From: Mobula hypostoma
Lineage: Eukaryota
Reading direction: 5' to 3'
DNA: 64,000 nucleotides
Assembly: GCF_963921235.1 (NCBI RefSeq)
Contig: NC_086118.1
Span: forward strand, 16,804,001-16,868,000
Position 1 is the stretch's first letter. Every line of letters starts with the position of its first letter. This document shows, in pieces, positions 50,998 through 64,000 of this stretch. The notes beneath the pieces were generated by a model, which was not told where the DNA came from, did no database searches, and worked only from the letters and a program-made list of their open reading frames with translations. Made by a program: the position numbers and the translations under genes.

Positions 50998-52265
50998 TGG
51001 TTTTGTGCATAGAACATCCCACCTCGTAAATGTGATTGAACTTTATGAGGAGGTTACTTACAAAATTGACGTAGGTGTGGCAGTAGGTGTGCTTTTGATA
51101 AGGTCCTACCTGGTAGGCTGACCTGGACAGTTAAGAAACAAGGATACATTTTGATTTGGCAAATTGGATTCAAAATTGGCACAGAGGGTAGAGGAGGGTT
51201 AATTTTCTGACTGTAACTAGTGGGCACTGCAGGGGTGAGCCCTGGGGTCTTTGTTGTTTGTTACATGCAGTGTACCCCCATGTTATGGCAGATTGAATTT
51301 TGGATATTCACCCTAACGAAATTCCCAAAGCACTACCAAAATGTTTGAGCTACAAAATAAAAATTTGCTTTTCAGAATTTACATGAGAAAATAGCAAAAA
51401 GAAAACAAAATTTCTTAATCTTTTGTCAGGAGTTTGTATGACGGAAAATAGTGATATGGGTAGTTTTCTAGGAATGCAATTTCTCTGTATAGGAGGGGCT
51501 TACTCCACCTAAACGACTTGGATGCAAATATCTTTGGTCTGATGAGCACATTTTGCTGATGGCACGATGATTGGTGGAGTTTTAAAGATGCACAGGGACA
51601 TGAATCAGCTGTGAAGTTGGGCAGAGCAGTAGCAGATGGAATTTAATCCGAAGAGCTGTGGATAATGCAGTCTGGGTCATCTCATTCTGGTAACAGAGAC
51701 CTTAGAAGCACTGAGATAGAGAGGGATCTTGGTGTGCAAGTTCATAGCTCCCTGAAAATGATGACACAGGAGGATATGGTAGTGGAGAAGATGCTTAGCT
51801 TGCTTGTATTCTTTAGCATAGGTATTGAATATCATGTTGCAGCTGTATAAGACATTGCTTTGGATACATTTGCAATATCATATGCAGTTCTGGTCACCAC
51901 ACTGTAAGAAATTATGTGGTAGCACCAAAGAGTGTGGTAGAGATTCATCAGATGTGGCCTGGAATGGTGGGCTTTGGTTATAAGGAGAGATTGGATAGGC
52001 TGGGATTGTTCTCACTGGAGCACAGAAGGCTAAGAGGTAATGTTATGGGGGTATATAAAATTATGAGGCTCATTGATAGGTAGATGGTCACTGTCTTTCA
52101 CTTTGAATGTAGGTTAAAGCTGAGAAAAGAAATATTGAAGATGCAGGTTTTTTTTTACACAGGGGTGGTAGGTATATGCAACAAGCTGCCAGAGGAGGTG
52201 TCAAAGCAGTTATAATCACATCATTTGAAAAGTGTTTGGACAGCTATGTAGATAGAAAATAAACA
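50998..52265 (+). mobile_element. Degraded CR1-like fragment (continues 49400-49510) with a nested MITE-like piece at about 51267-51500
   Basis: catggttttgtgc, ERDLGVQVHSSLK and ttctggtcaccacactgtaag CR1 motifs. Confidence 0.75.
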
Positions 52266-52269
52266 GAAG

Positions 52270-52800
52270 GAATCAGAATCAGGTTTAATATCACTGGCAT
52301 ATGTCGTGAGATTTGTTGACCTTGCTACAGCAGGACAAAGCAATACACAATAAATATCAAAAAAATGAATTACAGTAAATATATATATATTAAATAGTTA
52401 AATTAAATAAGTAGTACAAAAATGGAAATAAAAAAGTAGTGAGGTAGTGTTCATGGGTTCAATGTCCATTCAGAAATCAGATGGTAGAGGGAAAGAAAAA
52501 GTTTCCGAATCATTGAGTATGTGCCTTCAGGCTTCTGTACCTCCTTCCTGATGGTAGCAACGAGAACAAGACATGACCTCGGTGATGGGAGATCCTTAAT
52601 GATGGCTGGCACCTTTTTGGGACATCGCTCCTTAAAGATGTTTTGAATACTACAGAGGCTGGTGCCCATGATGGAGCTGACTAAGTTTACAACTCTCCAC
52701 AGCTTACTTCAATCCTGTGCAGTATATCCAAACTCCTCCCCTACCAGACCGCGATGCATCCAATGAAAATGCTCTCCACAGTACAACAACAGAAATTTGC
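52270..52800 (-). mobile_element. Rex1-like LINE 3' fragment with (GATTCT)n tail
   Basis: MGTSLCSIQNIFKERCPKKVPAIIKD; tail aatcagaatcagg. Confidence 0.75.
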
Positions 52801-54938
52801 GAGAATATGGGAAAAATACAGAAAATTGTGATTGGTGTAGGTTGGCACCTCAGTCAGTATCGATAATTTGGGCCTAATTCTGCTCTGTACGACTCTAAGG
52901 CTCTTTCATAGATTATTCCTGCATTATCTTATATTCCTTTGCAGATAGTTGGCATTGGTAAGTCACTAAATATGTAAAAGCTCACCCCAATGAATATTCT
53001 CCCAGAGTCCACATCATATGCTGCTTTAGGTCTTAGGGCTCATGATATTTGGTGCACAAATTAATCTTTATACTCCCAAGCTCTTGAATGCTGAGACTAA
53101 CAATATTGGCTATCATCACCTAACAGGGATTCATAATGGGTCTTCATATTGTAGTTGAATCAATTTAATCCAAGGAAGTGACTAAGTGAACTATTCTGTG
53201 CTAGAAATGACAGACTGATATGAGGCATGTGGGTGTGTGGTGCCACATCAGCTGTTGTGCCCTGTGATCACAATCCAGAACAAATCCATCTGACTCGTTT
53301 TTCTGTGGAATCAGTGAGCAAACATGTTGCTCACTGCCAACTGCTCAAAGTACTGTAGAAAGAAATAATCATCAGTCAAAAGATTTTGCAACATCATTGA
53401 ACTAAGAAGTCTTGGAAACATTTCATACAGCTTTATCAAATAAATTGAAAAGTTTTAACAAACCCATGGATTATATTGCTTATACTTGTAAGTAATCCCA
53501 CACATACTTGAAGCTCACACTCCTGAATAAGAACAAAATCCAGCTGGAGCATTTTAAGTAAGCACGTATAACATCACAACACGACCTCCTACATAGACAT
53601 AACAGACAAATGCAACAAATTATTTTGGATCTTTCTCTTCCTAAATTCCCTGCAATTTTCTGTGTTACATTTGCATTCAATGTAGATAAGTTACTTGAGT
53701 GGCATATTCTCTTAATATTCACTTAGGAGATAGGCCGAGAATTTGCAAGAGTGTCATCCATTTATCGAATTGTTGTCACTGTTCAACTCAGAAGATGTTC
53801 CGCCCTGCAGTTTGACAGAAATGTGAGTTGAAAATGAAGATGACAGGGCGATCTGACAGTGTTTCAGTGAATGGCAAAACCTTAAACCAATGAAATTTCA
53901 GGAAAGACAAAGAAATAGAGAAATACAAACAAAAGACAAAGTAAGATAAATTGGAGTCTAATTAGACAAGGGTGAAAGCAGAGCAACTGGAAATGCTAAA
54001 TTTAAATATTTTAGGAACAATTTATTACTGAAGTAATTAGATTTCACAGTTTTATTATTACTTTACTAATCCAGAGGTTAAATGGCATTTCAGGAATAAA
54101 TTACATTAGTTAAAAAGTTGTCAGATTTTTAATTCCTAGCCCAAACTTTCCATGGCATATTTAATTCACCTCAAAAGCACAATTCAACAATCTCTTGAAA
54201 TTTATGGGGAGCTAGTGAGCTCCAGTTTTTGGGAGATGCAAATACTCCAACAATTTTTGGCCATGTTCAACTCATTCCATATCTCTTCCAGTCAACAAAT
54301 TGTCAAGTTATTAATACACAAAAAATGCATGTTAAATTCACCACAATTTTAACACACAGAAAATTATGATGTGTTTCAATATGAAAGTATTTCAAGTCCC
54401 AAATAAGTTACAGACTCAAGTCAAACACGTATGCAAACCAAATGTACATAACTCCCATTTTCCACATTCCTTTGGAAGATTCCTTTGTATCCCTATACCA
54501 TAGGCATTCTGATGTCACTACTTCTTATTCACTGATGATCCTAAAGGTCCTGAACAAGTGTGATGTAGCAATTCTTAATGTTATCACAAGTTTTCATGGC
54601 TCAGACATTCTAAACATTTGACAAATAAGCCACAGAGGTCAGAGTTTATAGTTTTGTTTCAGACTTCACATATGTATGAGATCCATAATGATGCATATTT
54701 ATTACAAAACATAGATATAATATTGAGTTAATCTCATGATTATGGTTTTAAAGGAAGAATATGAAGAATTTTAATGCAATGAACCTACTTATTAGCTTGG
54801 TCTGCCAATTAGCAAACTGAGGATCCATAGGTACACAGATCATGATTTTCTCTTCATCACAAGTTAAGAAGCTATCAACCCTGAGTAACTATTAATGTTA
54901 TTTTTCCCTGATCCTTTATCTTTCCCCTGACAGCATGG

Positions 54939-55814
54939 TGTTACGAGAATACACATAAAATTAAGATGTTTGCTGGCCTGGGCTAGCATCAGTGGCATCA
55001 GCAGTTGGTCTGCCACCTGCCCTCAGGGGAAGGAGAGATAAGGAACAATGGAGCAGCGTCTGGAGATGTGTAATGAAGGAACGGGGGAGAGAGAGAGCTG
55101 TCTGGAGCGGCTCCCTCTTTGAACCTTGAACTGTTTGAAGTGATGGACAGGCGATACCCCAGCAGGGGGATAAAAAGGGACCGGTTCGCTAAGACAGACA
55201 CACACGCCACCCGAGGTAACGAGACCCTGGAAGCGGTGCGCCTCTCACGAGTGGGTGAGAAGTACCAGACAACGACAAGGGTGGAAAGGTACGATCAGCG
55301 GGAACCCGGTGTGTGTCCGCCCTTGCCTGGGTGCCGGGTTCACTGCAGAGGATCGACCGCATCTGGAGGAGGGGTCACAGTCGGTGACCTCAGGTGACAT
55401 CACCAAGGACCCGCCCAAAAGCTGTTTGTGAGCCATCTCGCTGGTCTGTGAGCCATCTCGCTGGTCTGTGAGTGAAGCAGTGTTCTGAATGATCAGTTGT
55501 TCCTATTCTATCTCTCTCTTCCCCCACGTTGTCCATCGCCATGGCAACGATTACTGCGAACTGAACTGGACTGAACTTTGAGTCATTTTGAAATTTGGTC
55601 ATTTACCCCTAGACAACGATAGAGCTTGATTGATGCTGTTATCTTAATTCTGTGCACATGTGCGTTTATCATCGCTGAACTGTTGCATTTATTATCCTTT
55701 CGATTACTGTGTTGCTCGTTTCTTTAATAAAACTTTCTTAGTTCTAGTACTCCAGACTCCAACTGAGTGATCCATTTCTGCTGGTTTGGCAACCCAGTTA
55801 CGGGGTACGTAACA
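54939..55814 (+). mobile_element. Solo LTR (876 bp) with 4-bp TSD
   Basis: Termini TGTTACG...CGTAACA; TSD ATGG at 54935-38 and 55815-18; TATA-like gataaaaa near 55169; AATAAA near 55726; internal 20-bp tandem duplication (tgtgagccatctcgctggtc). Confidence 0.92.
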
Positions 55815-56799
55815 ATGGGAATTGCTTCTTACTTGTTTTATTTTTGGAACTTGGGTGCAGCAACCATAACTGCCCTTCACAAGCTGCTGGTGACCTGCCT
55901 TTTTGAAGCCCTTCTGTTGAAGGTATTCCCACAGTGTTGCTGGGAGTTTCTATATGGTTTTATCAGTAATATAAAATATACCAACATATTTCCAAATCAG
56001 GATAGTAGATGACTAAGAACCACAGGAACTTAATGACACAGGAGGTTACTTGCCTTTCAAATCCATATCAAAGACCTTCAAGTGGGGAACTTGGAGACAC
56101 TGTTCCCATATGACTATCATCCTCTCCCTTCTTGCTTGTAAATGTGTTGATACGGAAAGGTGCTATCATAACTTAAATGAGCAATTGCAATACATTTTGA
56201 ATGGGGTTCTTAATGCATCCACAGTGCACTGAAGAGGTACCAATTCAGTGAGCTATTTTGCCCTGGGTCATTTATTTAGGGATATAACATGGAGTAGGCT
56301 CTTCTGGCCTTTTGAGCCACATTGCCCAAGCAACCCCCAACAAACCTTATCACAGGGCAATTTGCAATGATCAATTATCCTACCTAGAAGGTTTTTGGAT
56401 TGTGGGAGCACCTGGGAAAATCCCACATATTCCATGAGGAGGACATACAGACTCTGTAAAGCCGGTTCTCAGAACTCTGGAATGCCCTGAGTTGTAATAG
56501 TGTCATGCTAACTGCTAAGCTACCATGCCCATGATATACTCCTCTTCTGCAACTGGAGCTCTACTCATGCAAGATGGTCTTCCTTGTTGGCGACGGAAGC
56601 AAGATCTTGATGGTGAGAAACTTGATGATGATGTTGATGATAGTACTACTGTTATTAATAGAAACAGTTACATTAATAATTATGAGTTAATTAGATAAAT
56701 AAAATGAATAAAAGATCGGCAGGAAAGATGATGGTCACACTATATAGTCAGTGGGAGATATTGGATACTAGAGGGATTTTTGGTACTGACAGATATAAA

Positions 56800-57810
56800 A
56801 ACTCCTTGCAATATGAGGAATTCTGACTGAGAGCTGATAAGGTGAAGTCTGAGGATGTTGCTTTGTTTGTTAACTTCCAAATTTCCATAGATTCTTGTTT
56901 ATCTGAGAGTAGAGGGTGGCTAATATAACGCTACCATTTAAGAAAGGAGTGAGCATTAGAACAGGGAATGACAGAGCAGCTAGCCCAACGGCAGGTGCAG
57001 GGGAAATACAAGAGCTATGGTTGAGAAATGGGTAACTGGGCACTTAGAAAATATTAACAAGATTGGGTAGAATCAACATTGTCTTATGAAATTGAAATCA
57101 CATTTGACAAGTAAGTTAGAGATTTTTGGGGTTGCACCTGCACCTGGCAAAAGAGCAAACAGATGGATCCAGAAGGCCTTTGATAAGATCATACACAAGA
57201 GGCTATTAAACAAAGCTACAATACCAGAGATTTGAAACAATGTCCTGACATGCATTGAGGGTCTGTCATAGACAGGAGGCTAGAGGAATAGACAGGTTAT
57301 GTTTGGGTTGGGAAGCTGGGCTAACCCTAACCCTAATACAGTTTAATGATTTATATGAACGGATCATGTATAATATATCCAAGTGTGCTGATCACCCAAA
57401 GTTCAGTGATGTGAGGTGAATGCAGGCAAGCTCCAGGGGATTCATACATGTTGAGGCCATGGCAGATGGAAAAGTCTGTGAATAAAATGAAGTCAACCAG
57501 TTTGGTAGAAAAAGTAATGAAGTATTATATATCGTATATATTTTTAAAAGGTGAGAAGAATATGCTTATGTTCAGAGGAACCCAAGTGTTCTTCTTCAAA
57601 AATCACTGAAAGTTCATAAGCAGATGCAATGAGCAATCAGGAAGGCAAATGGTAGGCTGGCCTTTGCTGTAAGAGAAGTTAAGTTTAAAAGTGAAGACTG
57701 CAATACTACAAAGCCCTGACAGGACTGCAGCTGGAATATTACCTACAGGGTTGGTCTCCCTCCTAAGAAAAGATGTAGTTGTAATAGGGGGATTGCAACA
57801 ATTATATAAA
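56800..57810 (+). mobile_element. Highly degraded CR1-like fragment
   Basis: Remnant motifs tggctaat...tttaagaaagg, ccagaaggcctttgataag, aatcactgaaagtt...caatcaggaaggcaaatgg. Confidence 0.55.
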
Positions 57811-58392
57811 CACAAGAAATTCTGGACATTTTGTAAATCTTGAGAAACACACACAAATACTGGAAGAACTCAGCACATCAGGCTGTATCTACAGATGGGA
57901 ATAAACAGTCCACATTTTGGGCCAATTTATCAGGAATTTTGTTCTGTCCACTAAATACAGGACAAATCAAACGTGGCCAATTACTACCTAATCCGTCTAC
58001 TCCCAATCATCAATTAAGTTAACTTTCATAAACACTTCATTCCCCATTCTGGTTACCCTTTCTCACCTGTCCATTACCTTCCTCTGGTTCCCCCTTCCTC
58101 CTTTCTTCCATGGTCCACTGTCCACTCCTACTAACAGATTATTTCTTCTTCAGCTCTTTACCTCTTCCACCTGTCATCACCCAGCTTCTTGGTTCACCTC
58201 TTCTCCGCCAGCACCCATTTTCCCCTAACCTGGTTCTACCAATCACCCGTCAGCTTGTACTCCTCCTCATCCTCCCACTTTCTTTGGCTTCTGCCCCCTT
58301 CCTTTCCAGTCCTGATGTAGCGTCTCGCTGTTTATTCCTCTCCATAGATGCTGCCTAACTTGCTGAGTTCCTCCAGCAGGTTGTATGTGTTA
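57810..58392. mobile_element. Old Penelope pLTR remnants in opposed orientation
   Basis: Minus pLTR end at about 57810-57925 and plus pLTR at about 58010-58392 with a collapsed hammerhead (cagtcctgatgtagcgtctcg). Confidence 0.6.
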
Positions 58393-59917
58393 CACAATGG
58401 ATGTATGATAGTTTTGAACATAGAAAAAAAACAAAACAACGTAAGAACAGGCCATTCAGCCCATGATGTCTGTGTTCACCATGATTCCAATATAATCGCT
58501 CTATTCCCTCCCTGTTCACAAGCCTGTCTAAATGCCTTTTAAATGTTGCCATTGTGGAAGTTGCTGTAAGGCAACGGTTAAAGACAACACCTGACAAGGA
58601 TTAACCTGGGGCAGTTATTATCAAGAGAAACCTCTGTAGTGGGTCCGCTGGAGAAACCTCTGCTTACTAAGACAAAATAGGCCAGGGTGACTACAGCAGT
58701 GTGTGCTCAAGCTAGATGAGTGAGTCCTGAGACTTTTCCAGAAAAATCTTCCTAAAACATAGCATCCCCTTACACAATAGGGGTGCTGGAGACAGACATG
58801 ATAAGAACAACGGAAGAATGTGAAATATACCCAACAACTAAGGCATAATAGTTTTTACTAACTTAAAATATCATCAGCTATCTGTTTGAAGTTTCGATTT
58901 GACTTTTAACGCCTCTATTGTGAATGGCAATTGATCCTGCAAGGAAGGAATTCAACGTATACAATTTACCAAATTGTCAGTATCCATAAATGATAAGCCA
59001 ATTCCGTATAAAAGTAAATGCTCAGACTTCAGAGCAGTGTGGGTGATAGGAGTCTATGCTGTTCTCCTCGAACACAAGTAAATTAAAAAGAATACTTGAG
59101 TCGTAAGAGTGTGTGTATTCTGGGCCTCAGTTATTACTGCTTCCACTACCTCCCAGGGAGCATGCTCCAGTGCCTTTCAGTGTAAATAAACCTGCTACAC
59201 AAATCTCCTTTAAACTGTTCCCCCTTACCTTAACTCTATGGCCTCAAGTAATTCCACCCTATGAAAAAGGCTCAGACTACCTACCCTATCTAAGCCTCTC
59301 AGAACTTCTCTCTGGTCACCCCCTCCCCTCAGCCTTTGATGCTGCAAAGTAAATAATCTCCCTCTGATTGAAGATGCTTACTTGCCTGGTGTAAATGTTG
59401 CAGAATCGTACTGATAGACATGAAATATGGCAAACTATGCTCTATCCAATTAAAAAATAACATTAAGCCAAAACTTGACATCTTGCTTTTAGTTTGAGAC
59501 ATCTTAAACACTGTCTGAACCACACTTCTGTCTGTCTGTCCCCACTGGTCTCGCTGAGAAGACTTGGACTGAATACGATCAAGTCATTCCAATATTATGT
59601 CTGCATCGCAAAGCTCTTTATATAAATGTAGATCTTTACAAACAAAATATGACTGAACCACACAAAGTATACTGGCTTGAAACATACTTGGCCGTTGTCA
59701 ATCAGATTCTCTTTGCAGGTTAGTTCAGCATCACAGCATGGAAGTCAGGGATGAGCTGGAGGTCAAAGGCTGACGTGTGCCACATTTCATTGCAGTGTGA
59801 CTCAGAACCAAACCCTGGAGTGGAGCCAAAATGTCTTGACTGGAAGCATACCACAACTAGCCACAGTCAGTGCTTTGCCTCTGTCATAATTGGGGTAGGT
59901 GTAAAGGCCCAGAAAAA

Positions 59918-60142
59918 TGGAGATACAAGAGACTGCAGATGCTGGAATCTGGAGCAACATACATAGCACTGGAAGAACTCAGCAGGGAAGGCAGCATCTG
60001 TGCAGGTAAATGGACAGTCAATATTTCAGGATACTGCCCTCGAGTCTAGACAAAGGGCCTTGACCTGATATTATTGACTGTCCATTTTCCTCCATTGATG
60101 CTGCCTGTCCTGCTGAATTCCTCTAACTCTTTGTGTGTTGCT
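59918..60142. mobile_element. Old fold-back Penelope pLTR mini-element
   Basis: Inverted arms gaagaactcagcagg..ggcagcatc...tggacagtcaata / tattgactgtcca...gatgctgcc..cctgctgaattcc. Confidence 0.65.
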
Positions 60143-62205
60143 ATATTTTTACATGCTAGTAGTTGTCATAAATTATTTAAATCTGCTGTTGTTATCTGTC
60201 TGATCAATAGCATTTTCAGCAGCAGCAAGCTGTTAATAGGTCATCAAGTTATTCCAGGAAAAAGGTCTCCAGATATACTGCCTGAAACTGAGTTATCATT
60301 CGTAGATACTTCCTCTTAAGGACTGCTATAACAGTAGACAGTTCCACTGGATGCACAGGGCAGAAGGAGTTCAGCAGTGGGAGTACTGCAAGGAGAAGTG
60401 ACTCCGTCCAGAAGAATGCAGGGTCAGACTCTGTAGACAGACCAATCTTTATGAAGTCACAGTAAAAAAAATACCATTATACCTGTATTATCAAATTTTC
60501 AGTATGACTATTTGTTCTTGAAATAATTCACAAAAAGCACATAAACTTAATTGAAGCAGAAATAACAGAAATGCTACATATGGAAAAATATTTTGAACAA
60601 GTATATCATTAAATTATGAACTTCATTTGGACATGATAAGGACCAAGGACCTTTAAGTACTTAAAATCAAAGCTGCATGAAAGTCATGCAGTGGAGTGCA
60701 CTGCATTGTGCTTCATCAGTGGAAATAATCCCATTGAAAATCTAGCTCTTGTGGATTTTTCAGGGTCATCCAATGTAAATGCTGACAAATGGGCTCCTGG
60801 AAATAATTCTAGTTGTGCCCAAGACCTTGTATTTGGCTGGAGTAGTCAGTAAGGCTGGGTGGAGAAGAATGGATGTTCCTGGTGGCAAGAATTCAATATT
60901 GCAGAGGCCTGTTTGCCCTCCTTTGGGTCAGCAGCACTCTTGTGCCAGCCAAACAAAACTAAACGCTCAACAAGTGAACTCTATTCAGTTCAAGTGCTAT
61001 TTACAGTGCGTTCCTCTAATACATGTCCAACATGGAGTAATACTCTGAAAGCCCAGCATTGCTTTAATATTAATAGAGAAAAAGATATCAAATGAAATAT
61101 TTATAAGGCATAAATCCATTAAGGAACAACTCCGGAATGCAAAGAGATGATTTAAACATCTGACAATACTTTCATAAAAAAAAAGTACTGAAGATTTGCT
61201 GTGGAATGAGATCTGTGTGCACAATGGCTCCTTTTATGAGTGTCAGTCACCCCAGTATCACAATTGTTTGTTAAAAGATGCTCATAACAGAGAAGTTCAA
61301 TCTGCATTATAACCAACTCTTTTTACAAATGTGTTGCAGCAGGTGTCTGGACTATCGAGAAGCCCTTTAGTAAAAGAAAAACAATGCAGACCTGTGCAGA
61401 GCCGTTATCTCAATTGTTCACCATCACATCTGTGAGATATGCAAGCTTTGAGAAACTCCACGTCTTAAAAAGCCAGTAAAGAATCATTTTCAGCTTAGAT
61501 CAAGACCCTCAAGCTAAAAGGATCTTCAGTGTCTTCAGCAACTGATCTCAAATTCAGCAGATCTTGTGGCTGGTTTTCAGCCCCATCAGGTCTTTAGGTC
61601 TCTAGTGGGAATTTGACATCCTACCCGCACAGCCTTAAAAGCTGACCCTGAGCTCACTTCATTGGGTAAGATGGAAACCACTGAATGTCATATTTACTAA
61701 AGCTAATTCAGGGTTAGCTTTTAAAAACATCCAAGGAAGTCTGGTGAGTAATGAATGAATCTGACTACGTGTTGAAACTGTTTTATCACACCTGATTTCT
61801 GGCTATTTAAGTTTTCCTTACGGGATATGCCTTGCGAAATGCAGGCAAGCAAAAAAAAACTCTGAGCAATATGTAATTTAAATTCAGTTTAACTGTTTTC
61901 ACTAACACTAGCAAACTTACTCATGGAATCACTGAAGAAAAAAATATTTCATCTGTATTGATGTATAACCTGAATTTGTCTTTGGTTTATAAGCACTGTG
62001 TAGTTACCGTTATCAGCCTGAAATGTTACCCCTGCCTCTGTCTCCACAGATGCTGGATCCATTATTGTCTTCTGTCATACACAAATGAAAAAAAGCTTCA
62101 CATACACTAACAACAGGAATTCTGCAGATGCTGGAAATTCAAGCAACATACATCAAAGTTGCTGGTGAACGCAGCAGGCCAAGCAGCATCTCTAGGAAGA
62201 GGTAC

Positions 62206-62241
62206 AGTCGACGTTTCAGGCCGAGACCCTTCGTCAGGACT
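62206..62241 (-). ncRNA. Minimal type I hammerhead ribozyme (inverted pLTR)
   Basis: Reverse complement identical to 63786-63821. Confidence 0.85.
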
Positions 62242-63785
62242 AACTGAAGGAAGAGTGAGTAAGGGATTTGAAAGTTGGAGGGGGAGGCGGAGATCCAAAA
62301 TGATAGGAGGAGACAGGAGGGGGAGGGATAGAGCCGAGAGCAGGACAGGTGATAGGCAAAAGGGGATACGAGAGGATCATGGGACAGGAGGTCCGGGAAG
62401 AAAGACAAGGGGGGGGGGTGACCCAGAGGATGGGCAAGAGGTATATTCAGAGGGACAGAGGGAGAAAAAGGAGAGTGAGAGAAAGAATGTGTGCATAAAA
62501 ATGAGTAACAGATGGGGTACGAGGGGGAGGTGGGGCCTTAGCGGAAGTTAGAGAAGTCGATGTTCATGCCATCAGGTTGGAGGCTACCCAGACGGAATAT
62601 AGGGTGTTGTTCCTCTAACCTGAGTGTGACATCATCTTTACAGTAGAGGAGGCCGTGGATAGACATATCAGAATGGGAATGGGATGTGGAATTAAAATGT
62701 GTGGGCACTGGGAGATCCTGCTTTCTCTGGCGGACAGAGCGTACATGTTCAGCAAAGCGGTCTCCCAGTCTGCGTCCCTTCCTCCACTATCAACTCTGCT
62801 CTTAAACGCATCTCCCCCATTTCACATACATCTGCTCTCACTCCATCCTCCCATCACCCCACTAGGAATAGGGTTCCCCTGGTCCTCACCTACCACCCCA
62901 CCAGCCTCCGGGTCCAACATATTATTCTCCGTAACTTCCGCCACCTCCAACGGGATCCCACCACTAAGCACATCTTTCCCTCCCCCCCTCTCTCTGCATT
63001 CTGCAGGGATCGCTCCCTACACAACTCCCTTGTCCATTCGTCCCCCCCATCCCTCCCCACTGATCTCCCTCCTGGCACTTATCCGTGTAAGCGGAACAAG
63101 TGCTACACATGCCCTTACACTTCCTCCCTTACCACCATTCAGGGCCCCAAACAGTCCTTCCAGGTGAGGCATCACTTCACCTGTGAGTCGACTGGGGTGA
63201 TATACTGCGTCCGGTGCTCCCTATGTGGCCTCTTATATATTGGTGAGACCCGACACAGACTGGGAGACCGCTTTGCTGAACATCTACGCTCTGTCCGCCA
63301 GAGAAAGCAGGATCTCCCAGTGGCCACACATTTTAATTCCACATCCTATTCCCATTCTGACATGTCTATCCACGGCCTCCTCTACTGTAAAGATGAAGCC
63401 ACACTCAGGTTGGAGGAACAACACCTTATATTCCGTCTGGGTAGCCTCCAACCTGATGGCATGAACATCGACTTCTCTAACTTCCGCTAAGGCCCCACCT
63501 CCCCCTCGTACCCCATCTGTTACTCATTTTTATGCACACATTCTTTCTCTCACTCTCCTTTTTCTCCCTCTGTCCCTCTGAATATACCTCTTGCCCATCC
63601 TCTGGGTCACCCCCCCCCTTGTCTTTCTTCACCGTCCTCCTGTCCCATGATCCTCTCGTATCCCCTTTTGCCTATCACCTGTCCAGCTCTCGGCTCTATC
63701 CCTCCCCCTCCTGTCTTCTCCTATCATTTTGGATCTCCCCCTCCCCCTCCAACTTTCAAATCCCTTACTCACTCTTCCTTCAGTT

Positions 63786-63821
63786 AGTCCTGACGAAGGG
63801 TCTCGGCCTGAAACGTCGACT
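63786..63821 (+). ncRNA. Minimal type I hammerhead ribozyme in Penelope pLTR
   Basis: AGUC-CUGACGA-AGG(GUCUCGG)CCU-GAAAC-GUC^GACU: intact core, stem I AGUC/GACU, stem II AGG/CCU, palindromic ACGU in place of stem III. Predicted cut after 63817. Confidence 0.85.
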
Positions 63822-64000
63822 GTACCTCTTCCTAGAGATGCTGCTTGGCCTGCTGCATTCACCAGCAACTTTGATGTATGTTGCTTCACATACACTGACC
63901 CTTTCAAGCTATTTCATAATACTAAAAACACCAAAAAGTTATCCCTCTACTTTCTCAGCTTTTCAACTTAATAAAATGTGAAAACTATGTCTGAAATAAA

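Larger units (their letters stand above)
62109..63886 (+). mobile_element. Young Penelope-like insertion with inverted 5' segment and 14-bp TSD
   Basis: Minus-oriented pLTR plus ORF end (62109-62776) joined to a plus-oriented ORF C-terminus (GIY-YIG) plus pLTR. TSD gcttcacatacact at 62095-62108 and 63883-63896. Confidence 0.95.

Overview
Eukaryotic, repeat-dense, mostly non-coding DNA. The repeat repertoire (HE1/V-SINE-like SINEs, CR1/HER1-like LINEs, Penelope-like elements) points to a cartilaginous fish, probably a ray; this is an inference. No intact host gene is identified with confidence. The window holds a decayed DD34E Tc1 transposon, CR1, L1, Rex1-like and RTE-like LINE fragments, a solo LTR, MITEs, a 38x40-bp minisatellite born inside a SINE, and three young plus many old Penelope-like (RT + GIY-YIG) copies whose pseudo-LTRs carry minimal type I hammerhead ribozymes. 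The most striking signal is two unrelated, internally deleted Gypsy-type LTR elements whose interiors carry apparently intronless host mRNA fragments. Element A (1-1243) fuses retroviral protease to RABEP1, SH3KBP1/CIN85 and SLU7 fragments in a single reading frame. Element B (11771-13694) carries gag followed by about 230 codons of RBM25. Protein identifications are from recalled sequences and need BLAST confirmation.
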